This document shows, piece after piece, positions 19,301 through 28,832 of a DNA stretch of 64,000 nt (position 1 is its first letter; each line of letters starts with the position of its first letter). The DNA lies in assembly GCA_041577295.1 (NCBI GenBank), contig JBFGJG010000004.1:32001-96000 (forward strand), given 5' to 3'. Both the position numbers and the translations under genes were made by a program. The DNA comes from Gemmatimonadales bacterium. GTDB lineage: Bacteria > Gemmatimonadota > Gemmatimonadetes > Gemmatimonadales > GWC2-71-9. The notes under the pieces are model-generated. The model saw only the letters and a program-made list of their open reading frames with translations, was not told where the DNA came from and ran no database searches.

Positions 19301-20089
19301 ATGACCGTGATCGCGCGATTTGCCACCCGACTCCTGCTATGGACGTTTTTGCTCTCGAGCTTCTTCGTGTTGGTCGCTGTGCTCACGGGCGCGGGACTGT
19401 GGGAGGCGCTCACGAGCTTCACCGTGTTGGGCGGGCTGGCGCTGGTACTGGCGGCGTATCCCGCGGGCATCGCGGTTTCGCAGCGTGTCTTTGACGATGG
19501 AAAGATCCGGCTTGGACGGTTCGCCGAGTTTGTCGCGGTGACGGCGAGCTTAGCCGTTGTCCTTCTGGTGCTCGTGGGGTGGGTGGGTCCGAGCATCGCG
19601 CGATCGATCGATCCAAACGTCCCAGACGGCGACTACAATCGGATCGCGAACACGCTGAGCTTGGCGGAATTGCGCAGTACGGCAGCCGCGGCGGTTGCGC
19701 GTGCAGAGTCCGATTCCGAGCACGTGTCGGTCGAGACGTGGCGACCCGCCAACGTGCTTGTCTGGCACTACGTCCGGCGCCTCGCCGGGGTCGCGCAACC
19801 GGTGTTGTTTGCGTGGCTCGGTTTGCTGGCTGGGTTCTGGGCGCCCCGCATCGGGCGCCGCGATCTCACCCAGGCTCAGTATTGGGCGCTCGGGTTGTTT
19901 CTCGTGGTGTCCACCTACCTCGCAGGCGAGAACAGCTACGAGCTCGTCGCGATACAATCGGCGGGACCTGCATTCTTCAGCGGTTGGATGGTACTGATCG
20001 TGCCGACGGTCTTGCTCCTTGGCGTGGGATGGCCTACGCTGATGGCGGTGTGGAGTCGGCGCGAAAGGGTGAGCGACTTATCAGGCTGA
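19301..20089 (+). CDS. Hypothetical integral membrane protein
   Basis: About 6 hydrophobic segments; GAGGT RBS; overlaps the sigma gene. Confidence 0.7.
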   Translation: MTVIARFATRLLLWTFLLSSFFVLVAVLTGAGLWEALTSFTVLGGLALVLAAYPAGIAVSQRVFDDGKIRLGRFAEFVAVTASLAVVLLVLVGWVGPSIARSIDPNVPDGDYNRIANTLSLAELRSTAAAAVARAESDSEHVSVETWRPANVLVWHYVRRLAGVAQPVLFAWLGLLAGFWAPRIGRRDLTQAQYWALGLFLVVSTYLAGENSYELVAIQSAGPAFFSGWMVLIVPTVLLLGVGWPTLMAVWSRRERVSDLSG

Positions 20090-20622
20090 GCCGGCAACAG
20101 CTCACGCAGTTTCATGATGGCGATCCAGAGCTCTTTCGCCAACTCGTGGACGGGCTGACTCCTCGTTTATTGGCGTTCGTGCGTCCTTTTGCCACCGATC
20201 AGGACGAGGCGCACGATCTCGTGCAGGACACCTGGCTTCGGGCCTATCAAAAACGTGACACGTTCACGGGCGCAGGGACGGTACTGGGGTGGCTCTACGC
20301 GGTGAGCCGGAACGTGTGCCTCGGCGCACGGCGCCGGGCGGAAGCCAGGCCCGTCACCGAGCGGTCCCGAGAACCCGACATGGCCGCGTCGTCGCCCGAC
20401 GATTTGGCGATGTTGGAGCGCGGGGAGCTGCGGCAGGCCGTGCACGAGGCAATCATGCGGTTGCCGGAGCGCGAACGCGATGTCGTCATTCTCCGACTGT
20501 TGGAGGGTTGGAGTACCAAGGAAGCGGCACAGCACCTGGGGTGCGCCGAGGGGACTGTCAAGGCATCACTCCACCACGCGGTCAAAAAGCTGCAAGTCTC
20601 GATGGAGGCGTGGGTCAAATGA
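20029..20622 (+). CDS. ECF RNA polymerase sigma-70 factor (start uncertain)
   Basis: AHDLVQDTWLRAY, GWLYAVSRN, LPERERDVVILR, EAAQHLGCAEGTVKASLH. Confidence 0.88.
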   Translation: MAYADGGVESARKGERLIRLSRQQLTQFHDGDPELFRQLVDGLTPRLLAFVRPFATDQDEAHDLVQDTWLRAYQKRDTFTGAGTVLGWLYAVSRNVCLGARRRAEARPVTERSREPDMAASSPDDLAMLERGELRQAVHEAIMRLPERERDVVILRLLEGWSTKEAAQHLGCAEGTVKASLHHAVKKLQVSMEAWVK

Positions 20623-21044
20623 ATCGTTGCCCAGAAACCGATACCGTGCTCTCGATCGGCATCGCGCTCGAATGGGATGACGTCGTCGAACGGTTACAAC
20701 ACCTCGCCGGCTGTCCGCGGTGTCAAGAACGTCTCACGCAGCTGGCAATGGTGCATGAGACGTTGCAGGCGAGGGGGCAGCCACGACCGGGGTTCACCGC
20801 AGCCGTCGTCGAGGCCGTCGCCACCGTTTCGCACCCCAGCGAGCACAGGGCGCCCCGATTAGGGGCGACCGAGCTGCTGAGCCCCATCCTAGCGACCCTG
20901 ACGGCGCTGTTTACGGTTGGGTTAACTGCGGAAGCGTGGTCGATTCAGCCGGGGCCGGGCGTCATCGTCGCCGTGCTACTCGTGGGAAGTGCGACGTTTG
21001 GCTGGAATCGAACGCGGGCACGACGGCATCCCCAGTCTGCGTGA
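20619..21044 (+). CDS. Zinc-binding (ZAS-like) membrane anti-sigma factor
   Basis: ATGA-coupled to the sigma gene; HLAGCPRC (HxxxCxxC); two C-terminal TM helices. Confidence 0.75.
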   Translation: MNRCPETDTVLSIGIALEWDDVVERLQHLAGCPRCQERLTQLAMVHETLQARGQPRPGFTAAVVEAVATVSHPSEHRAPRLGATELLSPILATLTALFTVGLTAEAWSIQPGPGVIVAVLLVGSATFGWNRTRARRHPQSA

Positions 21045-24000
21045 CAACATGATCGCGTTTTGTGTGATAGACGGTAACGACCGAGCCTGCTCCTCGCGCC
21101 ACGGCCAGTGCAACGACCTCGCGTTGCTTGGCCGCGGCAAGCACCGGCGTCTCCCAGTTGTGACCGGTGAGTGACACGCTGCGGGGCCGCGCGAACGCCG
21201 TCGTCGGCTGAGCCACGAACGGCTGCGCAATCGATTCCTCCGGAGCACGGAACGTGACAGCCCGTCCCTCTCCGAGGTGGACTGACAACGGGGCCTTCAC
21301 ACCCTGGAGCAGTAGCTCGTCATCCCCTGTGAGCTTCCCGGCGAAGTAATAGTCCGCGAGCACAGCCCGGAGCTTCAAGGTCCGCTGCGCCGCGTGAATC
21401 GCCCAGATCCACGTCGTGGCTTCGCGATCGTTTCCGACACAGATGAAGTGCTCTTGTCCAGCGATTGGGTCGAGACACCAGATATCCAGCGTCGTCAACG
21501 CGAGGGCGACGGAAGCGGAGCCTTCGAGTACGGCGATCTGCGAGAGGGTTGAATAACCCGCCAGGGGGGGCAAGAACAACGGGATTCTATCGAACAGCGA
21601 GAACGTAAACCGGCTCGCAACCACCAGCGCCTCGGGACCGGCGTTCGCGATCAGAGCGTCCAGAAAGAGATCCCGCGGTTCTTCAAATGCCCAGCGGTGC
21701 TCGGTGAAGCCGTTGGTTCCAAAGACCCCGGTGAGCCGCACGCTCTGCGAGGTGCCGAAATCGGTGCTCACGACCTCCCAGCTTCGGCGCCCCACGTTCA
21801 CGCGCAGCGTCGGGAGCTTGAGCCGGGGCAGCGGCTCCCGGTCGACCAACGACGACTCGGGCCATACGCGCAGGCGCTCGAGGACGAGCGCACCGTCACG
21901 CTCGGCCAGGACTGCGAGGATGTCGTCCGTCAGAAACCGCACATCCCACGCCTCGGTGCGGACCAGCGTCCCGTGCTCCGTTTCGATGGCGAACTCGTTC
22001 GGCGCCGTCGCAAACTGGCCCGGGTACTCGTCGTAGGTGACCCGCATGGCGATGCGTCTCCCGGTGGGGGAGAGACGCACGTCGCCAACGCGCATGGGAA
22101 CCTCAACGCTACGCCATGGGCGAAGGTGCACTTGCTCGACCGGGAGCATCGCCTGCCGCCGTACCAGCGGGTCGTCGCCAAAGTGGTCGCGAAACCAGAG
22201 CGTACCGGTCACGAGGAGCAGCGCGGCTCCCCCCAACGCGACCGCTGCGGGGAGGTGAGAGGGGGTGCGGCGCGACACGAAAAGCACGGTTGCCGTTCCG
22301 AGGAGCACCAGCGCCAACCCCACCTCATAACGGGCCCAGAGATGGAGCTCCATTATGGGGAGTGGTGAGCGTATCAACCCGACGCCACGCAATCCATAGA
22401 GCACAGCGAGGGCGGCCAACGCCGCGAGTGTAGCCTTCCACGCCCATGGTGGATCGGTGAGGTGTTTGCGCTTGCGCTCGAGTGCTGCACCGACCAGTGC
22501 GAGCGCCACGGCGACCTTGAGCCCGATGAGCAGGAGCTTGATCTGGCCATCGAACCACAACACATGAGAAGTTCGTAACCCAAGTAACGCGGGTCCCGTT
22601 CCCACGATGCCGGCCGTCCACAGGATCACCCGGGCCGGGCGCAGCAGCACCAAGCCGGCGGCGGCAAACAAGGGGAGCGATTGCGGGGGCAGCAGGGCAG
22701 TAAACAGCGCGATCGCGCCCCAGAAACGGTTCTTGCGGTCGAGGGAGAGCTCCAGGCGGCGCCGATCACTGGCGGTTCTCGACGTGTCCTGCACCTCGAG
22801 CTCGATCCGCTCGAGATTTGCCTTGACGGCGGCGACGGCATCTGCCGGCAGCGGCAGTGTGAGTGAGTACCCCTTGGGGTCCGTGGCGACCAGCCACCGC
22901 CGTGCTCCACGGCCGACCTCCAGGCGGAGATCGGCCAGCTGGCTGTACCGGATCGATCGACAGTCGCGTGCCGTGCGCCAAACGGTGCCGGGATCGAGCT
23001 CCCCCTCGGCGGCGATTCCGCGGAGCCAATGCAGCCGATCCGCTGCCATCACAACGGCCTCGTGCGGATCGGCGATCGAACGAACGGCGATCTCGGTCAC
23101 GGCCGGTCCCTCTACCTTTTGGCCGCGGCTCGTCGCCGCGTCGCGGATGGCGCGGATCCGTCTTGCGAGGCTCGGGTGTGTTTGCTGGTGCTCCGCGCGC
23201 TTCCCCCAACGCCGGGGGACGCGCATCAATTCATGGATCTTGGTGAGCGCGCGAATGAGCGCATCCGGATCGCCGATCAGCTCCAGGGCTCGCAGGTCAC
23301 TCGCGTGTTCATGGGTCTGATTCTTTGACGCGAGAATCAGCAGTGCCAGCAGGCAGAGCACGGGCCACGCCAGGCCGATCAGGCGTCCAATTTCCGTTTG
23401 AGGACCTAGCCAGAATAGCAACGCGATGGCCCCGCCAATCAACAGGAGCAATGCGAGGTCTCGCACTATGAGGCGGCGACGCGTGTAATGCTCGAGATGT
23501 GCGAGCTCGTGGGCGAAGATCGCAGCCGTCTCGTCACCGGTAAGTGATTCCATTAGATCGCGGGTCAACAAAACGGCTGGCTGGTAATGTGAGGGCAGGG
23601 CAAAGGCGTTGACCCAGAATCCGCCTGGGGCCGCGCACGTGAGCACGGCGGGTGCACGGCATCGAGCCCGTGCCGACAGCTCGTCAAGCCGTTCCGTCAG
23701 GTCACCCTGCTGGGCCGGTCGGGCCCCCACCAGCTTGGCGAAGACGAGCGGGCTGGTGTGTATCCAGATCAACATGGCCAGACCGAGGGCGACCCCGGCG
23801 GGGAGGGCCGCTTGTCCCGCCACCGTCATCACGCCCGGCACGATCGCCAGAAGCACCCAAACACCGAGCGCGGCAAACCAAAAACCCAACGTAAAACGCA
23901 AGTATTGGAAGAATGTCCAGCGCTCGTTGAAGACGACGCGCCGAATCCGATACAGCGCCGCCAGAATCACCGTGAACGTGATCGCAACTTTGAGCGATAA

Positions 24001-24198
24001 TAGGGTGGCGCTCACCACCACAGCGAGCATCACGCACACGCCGGCGATCACCCCAAGCCGGTGATGGAACGCTGCGCGCAATTCCGCGAACGCGGGGTCA
24101 TCGACGCGTCCCACGATTCCCACGCTCTCTCGCCAGGCATACGCCGCGGGCACCAGCAGCAGTGCCAGCGAGACGATCTCGCGCAGCAGCTCGATCAT
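20962..24198 (-). CDS. Large membrane M48-family zinc metalloprotease
   Basis: NAFALP, AIFAHELAH, EHASD, THPSLARRI, followed by extra TM and soluble regions. Confidence 0.85.
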   Translation of the reverse strand: MIELLREIVSLALLLVPAAYAWRESVGIVGRVDDPAFAELRAAFHHRLGVIAGVCVMLAVVVSATLLSLKVAITFTVILAALYRIRRVVFNERWTFFQYLRFTLGFWFAALGVWVLLAIVPGVMTVAGQAALPAGVALGLAMLIWIHTSPLVFAKLVGARPAQQGDLTERLDELSARARCRAPAVLTCAAPGGFWVNAFALPSHYQPAVLLTRDLMESLTGDETAAIFAHELAHLEHYTRRRLIVRDLALLLLIGGAIALLFWLGPQTEIGRLIGLAWPVLCLLALLILASKNQTHEHASDLRALELIGDPDALIRALTKIHELMRVPRRWGKRAEHQQTHPSLARRIRAIRDAATSRGQKVEGPAVTEIAVRSIADPHEAVVMAADRLHWLRGIAAEGELDPGTVWRTARDCRSIRYSQLADLRLEVGRGARRWLVATDPKGYSLTLPLPADAVAAVKANLERIELEVQDTSRTASDRRRLELSLDRKNRFWGAIALFTALLPPQSLPLFAAAGLVLLRPARVILWTAGIVGTGPALLGLRTSHVLWFDGQIKLLLIGLKVAVALALVGAALERKRKHLTDPPWAWKATLAALAALAVLYGLRGVGLIRSPLPIMELHLWARYEVGLALVLLGTATVLFVSRRTPSHLPAAVALGGAALLLVTGTLWFRDHFGDDPLVRRQAMLPVEQVHLRPWRSVEVPMRVGDVRLSPTGRRIAMRVTYDEYPGQFATAPNEFAIETEHGTLVRTEAWDVRFLTDDILAVLAERDGALVLERLRVWPESSLVDREPLPRLKLPTLRVNVGRRSWEVVSTDFGTSQSVRLTGVFGTNGFTEHRWAFEEPRDLFLDALIANAGPEALVVASRFTFSLFDRIPLFLPPLAGYSTLSQIAVLEGSASVALALTTLDIWCLDPIAGQEHFICVGNDREATTWIWAIHAAQRTLKLRAVLADYYFAGKLTGDDELLLQGVKAPLSVHLGEGRAVTFRAPEESIAQPFVAQPTTAFARPRSVSLTGHNWETPVLAAAKQREVVALAVARGAGSVVTVYHTKRDHVVTQTGDAVVPAFDSSQTSHFPRVARRR

Positions 24199-24322
24199 GG
24201 CTCCGAAGATCGGCGACGGGCGGCCCAAGGTTGTGATGGGAGTCACAGGAGAAGTTTCTGGGGCATTCGGTAGGGAGAAAGACTCCTCACTCCTCGCCGC
24301 TCTCTTCCCAGAGCGGCGCGCT

Positions 24323-24360
24323 CTTGCATATTAATGCACACCGCTGTATAAATATGTCCC
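24323..24360. promoter_or_regulatory. Tandem ARG boxes (ArgR operator)
   Basis: CTTGCATATTAATGCACA and GCTGTATAAATATGTCCC, 2 bp apart, directly upstream of argR. Confidence 0.85.
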
Positions 24361-24387
24361 TAGAAAGAGAGCTTGGCTGGCATTCGT

Positions 24388-24864
24388 ATGGTGAGCAAGG
24401 CGCAGCGGCACAAGTTGATTCTCGGCATTCTCCAACGGCAGTTGGTGGGCAGTCAGGACGAGCTTGCCGAAGCGTTGGAGGCCCGCGGCGTCTCGGTGAC
24501 CCAGCCCACGCTCTCCCGGGATCTGCGAGAGCTCGAGGTGACCCGGGTGCCCACGCCCCAGGGCTATCGCTATCTGGCCGGTGCGGACCGAGCCCCTAAC
24601 GGCAACGGATCGCCGCTCGCTCCGGAGCGGTTTAAAGAGCTGGCGGCGCTCGAGGTGACCGCCGTGGAGGCCAACGAGATGGTCGTGGCGATTCGCACCA
24701 TCCCCGGCCGGGCGCAGGGCGTTGCCTGGTTTCTCGACTCGCAGGCCATCCCCGAGCTCATGGCCACGATTGCCGGCGATGACACCGTCATCGCGTATCC
24801 CAAACGCTCCAACCAGACCCGCCGTCTCAGGCGCCGCCTGAACAAGCTGCTCGGCGTCGCGTAA
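24388..24864 (+). CDS. argR: Arginine repressor
   Basis: SQDEL, VTQPTLSRDLREL, TIAGDDT. Confidence 0.95.
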   Translation: MVSKAQRHKLILGILQRQLVGSQDELAEALEARGVSVTQPTLSRDLRELEVTRVPTPQGYRYLAGADRAPNGNGSPLAPERFKELAALEVTAVEANEMVVAIRTIPGRAQGVAWFLDSQAIPELMATIAGDDTVIAYPKRSNQTRRLRRRLNKLLGVA

Positions 24865-24907
24865 CCACCGACGAGATTTCCTAACCCTTTAGAACGAGCT
24901 GACCGAC

Positions 24908-26146
24908 ATGGCCAAGTACGTCCTCGCCTATTCCGGGGGCCTCGACACCTCTGTCATTCTCAAATGGCTCCAAATCACCCACGGAGCCGACGTTGTGACG
25001 GTGACCGCCAATTTGGGACAGAGGCGCGAACTGGTTGGTGTGCAGGCGAAAGCGCTGGCGTGCGGAGCTTCGGCCGCCTACCTGGAGGATCTGCAACAGG
25101 AATTCGTGGAGCAGTACATTTGGCCGGCGTTGAAGGCTGGGGCACTCTATCAAGGGGTGTATCCCATGGCGACGGCTTTGGGCCGTCCGCTCATTGCGAA
25201 GCGCCTCGTGGAGATCGCACGAGAGGTCAAGGCCGACGCCATCGTCCATGGTTGCACGGGCAAGGGTAACGACCAAGTGCGGTTCGAAGTCAGCATTGCG
25301 GCACTGGCCCCCGATCTGACGTGCGTCGCTCCCCTGCGCACGTGGGAGCTCCATAGCCGGGAAGAAGAGATCGCGTGGGCCCGCGCCCATCACATTCCCG
25401 TGAGCGCAACGCAGAAATCACCCTACTCCATCGACGAGAACCTCTGGGGAATGTCGATCGAGGCCGGCCCGCTCGAGGACCCGTGGGCGGAGCCACCGGC
25501 GGATTGTTGGCAGCTCACGGTGGACCCTGACCAGGCTCCCGCGAAACCCGCGGTGGTGACAATCGAGTTTGAGCACGGTGTACCAGTGCGGCTGGACGGG
25601 GAAGTACTTGCCCCGGTTGAGCTGGTCGCTCGACTGGGCGAGTTGGCGGCGGCGCACGGCGTTGGCCGCATCGATATGGTGGAGGATCGATTGGTCGGTA
25701 TCAAATCACGCGAAGTGTATGAAGCACCGGCTGCGGTGGCACTGCACGCCGCCCGCCAGGCCTTGGAACAACTCACGCTCGACCGAGAAACGCGGCGCGT
25801 GTTAGCGAACATGGGACAGGAACTGGCTCGCGTCATCTACGATGGTCTGTGGTTCACCCCAGTGCGAGAGGCCATCGGAGCCTTTGTGGATTCGGCGACC
25901 CACGTCCTCTCGGGCGAGGTCCAGCTCAAACTGCACCGCGGGCGCGCCACCGCAGTCGGTCGCCGCTCGCCACACGCGCTGTACGACCCATCGCTTGCCA
26001 CTTATGGCGATGGCGACACATTCAATCACCAATCGGCGCGGGGCTTCATCGAGGTCTTTGGCCTCGCGGCGCGGATTGCAAGTGGAAAGCGTCGCGCGCA
26101 GCAAGTGAAAGCCCCACAGCCCGGTGTGGAAGAGGTTCTTGTGTGA
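24908..26146 (+). CDS. argG: Argininosuccinate synthase
   Basis: AYSGGLDTS, HGCTGKGNDQVRFE, YSIDENLWG, GIKSREVYEAP. Confidence 0.97.
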   Translation: MAKYVLAYSGGLDTSVILKWLQITHGADVVTVTANLGQRRELVGVQAKALACGASAAYLEDLQQEFVEQYIWPALKAGALYQGVYPMATALGRPLIAKRLVEIAREVKADAIVHGCTGKGNDQVRFEVSIAALAPDLTCVAPLRTWELHSREEEIAWARAHHIPVSATQKSPYSIDENLWGMSIEAGPLEDPWAEPPADCWQLTVDPDQAPAKPAVVTIEFEHGVPVRLDGEVLAPVELVARLGELAAAHGVGRIDMVEDRLVGIKSREVYEAPAAVALHAARQALEQLTLDRETRRVLANMGQELARVIYDGLWFTPVREAIGAFVDSATHVLSGEVQLKLHRGRATAVGRRSPHALYDPSLATYGDGDTFNHQSARGFIEVFGLAARIASGKRRAQQVKAPQPGVEEVLV

Positions 26147-27537
26147 CCGATCTCTGGGGCGGCCGGTTCGCGCAGGATCCGGATGAACGGCTTCGCCGAT
26201 TTACGTCGTCACTGCCCGTCGATCGGCGCTTAGCGCGCTACGACATTGCCGGAAGCAAAGCCCATGCTGCCGCGCTGCGGGACGCCGGGGTGCTCTCACC
26301 GGAGGAGTACGATACGGTCGTCGGCGGCTTCACACGGATCGAATCCGAGGTCGATCAGGGCGAGTTTCCGCCGAGAGATTCCACGCCACTACCCGAAGAT
26401 GTTCACAGCGTACTAGAGAGCCGTCTCGTGAGCATCTGCGGTGAAGTGGGGTACAAGGTGCACGCCGGGCGTAGCCGCAACGACCAGGTGGTGACCGCGG
26501 TATTGCTGTGGCTCAAGGACGCCGGTCGGGAGGTCGAACTCGCGCTTCGCGAGGTGCAGCGATCACTCATTGCCAAGGCGCACGAATACCGTGATCTCGA
26601 GGTATACGCGTACACGCACCTTCAGCGCGCGCAGCCCATTCTGTTGGGGCACCATCTGCACGCTCACTACGAGGCGCTCGAGCGAGACATTGGCCGGCTC
26701 CGCGACGCCGCGCGACGCGCGGACCGGTCTCCGCTGGGAGCGTGCGCCTGTGCTGGTACCTCCATCCCGCTCGACCGTGCCGAGACGGCTCGGCGGCTCG
26801 GCTTCGCCACTGTCGCCGGCAACTCGATTGACGCGGTCTCCGATCGGGACTGGGCCGTGGAGTTGGTCTCGGCGTGCGCGTTGGCCATGGTCCACCTGTC
26901 CCGGCTGGCGGAAGACCTGGTGATCTGGTCGTCGCAGGAGTTCGCCCAAGCGCGGACGGCGGATGCCTGGACTACTGGGTCGTCGGCGCTTCCACAGAAG
27001 CGCAACCCGGACATTGCCGAGTTGGTACGCGGACGGGCGGCACGCGTGATGGGGGATCTGGTGGGGCTCCTGGCCGTCATGAAGGGACTCCCGCTCGCGT
27101 ACAATCGCGATCTGCAAGAGGATAAGGAGCCGCTGTTCAATGCGGTCGACACGACACGGGAATCGGCCCTGGCCCTGGCTGGTGTAGTGGCCCACACCGA
27201 GTTTCGCGCGCCGCGCGAGACGGTGCCCGATTTCGCGACGGCTGTAGACCTGGCCGAAGAGTTGGTCCGGCGCGGCGTTCCGTTTCGGCAGGCGCACCGC
27301 AGGGTTGGGACCCTCGTTCAAAAGTTGGAACGGGACGGCCGCGGGCTCACTGAGACCACGGACGAGGAGTTGGCGCAAATTGGGGTGGACCACACGGTGC
27401 GCTCGCTGCTAACTACAAGGGGCAGCATCGAGGCGAAGCGGACGAGCGGATCTACCGCGCCGGGAGAGGTGGCGAAAGCACTAGAGGAAGCCCGCGCGGC
27501 TCTCGAGCAAGAACGTCCTATAACCTTTGGCAGCTGA
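26143..27537 (+). CDS. argH: Argininosuccinate lyase
   Basis: LWGGRF, GRSRNDQV, YTHLQRAQP, GSSALPQKRNPD, YNRDLQEDK. GTG start overlaps the argG stop. Confidence 0.95.
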   Translation: MTDLWGGRFAQDPDERLRRFTSSLPVDRRLARYDIAGSKAHAAALRDAGVLSPEEYDTVVGGFTRIESEVDQGEFPPRDSTPLPEDVHSVLESRLVSICGEVGYKVHAGRSRNDQVVTAVLLWLKDAGREVELALREVQRSLIAKAHEYRDLEVYAYTHLQRAQPILLGHHLHAHYEALERDIGRLRDAARRADRSPLGACACAGTSIPLDRAETARRLGFATVAGNSIDAVSDRDWAVELVSACALAMVHLSRLAEDLVIWSSQEFAQARTADAWTTGSSALPQKRNPDIAELVRGRAARVMGDLVGLLAVMKGLPLAYNRDLQEDKEPLFNAVDTTRESALALAGVVAHTEFRAPRETVPDFATAVDLAEELVRRGVPFRQAHRRVGTLVQKLERDGRGLTETTDEELAQIGVDHTVRSLLTTRGSIEAKRTSGSTAPGEVAKALEEARAALEQERPITFGS

Positions 27538-27544
27538 GGATTCC

Positions 27545-28774
27545 ATGACGAGTTCGGTGGGCACGCGAAGCGCGAAGAGCTATATGCACGAAGTCGACCG
27601 CTACGGCGCGCGGAACTACAAGCCGCTGCCGGTGGTGCTGGCACAGGGCGAGGGCGCCTGGGTGTGGGACGTCGAAGGCAATAAATACCTCGATTGTTTG
27701 GCTGCCTACTCGGCGGTCAACCAGGGGCATCGGCACCCCGCGATCGTTCGCGCCGCCAATGAGCAGCTCGATCGACTGACGCTCACGTCACGCGCGTTTA
27801 ACAACGATCAGATGGGACCCTTCCTGAAGCGACTGTGCGAGGTGACGGGATACGAGAAGACGTTGCCGATGAATACGGGGGCCGAGGCCGTGGAGACGGC
27901 GATCAAGGCGGTGCGTCGGTGGGCGTATCGCGTGAAGGGCGTACCGCGCGACAAGGCCGAGATCATCGTCTGCGAGAACAATTTTCACGGACGCACGACA
28001 ACCGTCATCTCCTTCTCGACCGACGCCGAGCACAATGCGGATTACGGCCCGCCAACACCGGGGTTCAAGATCATCCCGTACGGCGATGCGGAAGCTCTCC
28101 GTGCAGCGATCACACCGAATACTGCGGCGTTTCTGGTGGAGCCCATTCAGGGTGAAGGTGGCGTGATCATCCCACCCGAGGGCTACCTCGCCGCCGCGGC
28201 GAAGATCTGCAAACAGCACAACGTGCTGCTGGTCGCCGATGAGATCCAAACCGGGTTTGGTCGCACGGGAAAGTTGTTCTGCTGTGACTGGGAAGACGTT
28301 CGGCCGGATGTCGTCACGGTTGGCAAGGCGTTGAGTGGCGGTCTCTATCCCGTGTCGGCGATGCTATCCGATGCTGAGGTGATGGACGTGTTCGGGCCGG
28401 GCGATCATGGCTCGACCTACGGAGGCAATCCCCTAGGGGCCGCCGTAGCGCTGGCGGCGGTGAACGTGATCGTCGACGAACGGTTGCCGGAACGCGCGCA
28501 GGAGTTGGGGGGCTGGTTCCTAGGGGAACTGCGGAAGATCGACTCGCCGTTCGTCGCCGAGGTACGAGGGATGGGTCTCATGATCGGCATCGAGATCGCA
28601 CCGGAGCACGGGACCGCTTACCCGTACTGTCAGGCCCTCAAGGAGCGTGGCATCCTTGCCAAAGAGACCCACGAGCAGGTCATCCGCCTCGCACCGCCCC
28701 TAGTGATCGAAAAAGAAGATCTCGTGTGGGCGCTGGGGCATGTCCGAGAAGTGCTGAGCGATGGTAAAGGGTGA
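27545..28774 (+). CDS. rocD: Ornithine--oxo-acid transaminase
   Basis: YGARNYKPLPVV, AYSAVNQGHRHP, LTSRAF, PMNTGAEAVETAIK, HGSTYGGNPL. Confidence 0.92.
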   Translation: MTSSVGTRSAKSYMHEVDRYGARNYKPLPVVLAQGEGAWVWDVEGNKYLDCLAAYSAVNQGHRHPAIVRAANEQLDRLTLTSRAFNNDQMGPFLKRLCEVTGYEKTLPMNTGAEAVETAIKAVRRWAYRVKGVPRDKAEIIVCENNFHGRTTTVISFSTDAEHNADYGPPTPGFKIIPYGDAEALRAAITPNTAAFLVEPIQGEGGVIIPPEGYLAAAAKICKQHNVLLVADEIQTGFGRTGKLFCCDWEDVRPDVVTVGKALSGGLYPVSAMLSDAEVMDVFGPGDHGSTYGGNPLGAAVALAAVNVIVDERLPERAQELGGWFLGELRKIDSPFVAEVRGMGLMIGIEIAPEHGTAYPYCQALKERGILAKETHEQVIRLAPPLVIEKEDLVWALGHVREVLSDGKG

Positions 28775-28832
28775 GCCGTAAGGGGTAAGGAGTGCGTGGA
28801 CTGGGCGTTGGGCGGCCTCCTCACTCCTCACA
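28764..28832. repeat. Degenerate GTGAGGA-type heptamer tandem repeats in inverted arrangement
   Basis: GTAAAGG GTGAGCC GTAAGGG GTAAGGA ... TCCTCAC TCCTCAC between converging genes. Confidence 0.55.

Noticed and set aside
25849..26142. N-terminal extension of ArgH in the ORF track (similar extensions at 9090, 16753, 19579, 20289, 59831)
   Set aside because: These extensions overlap neighbouring genes; family homology starts at downstream start codons.
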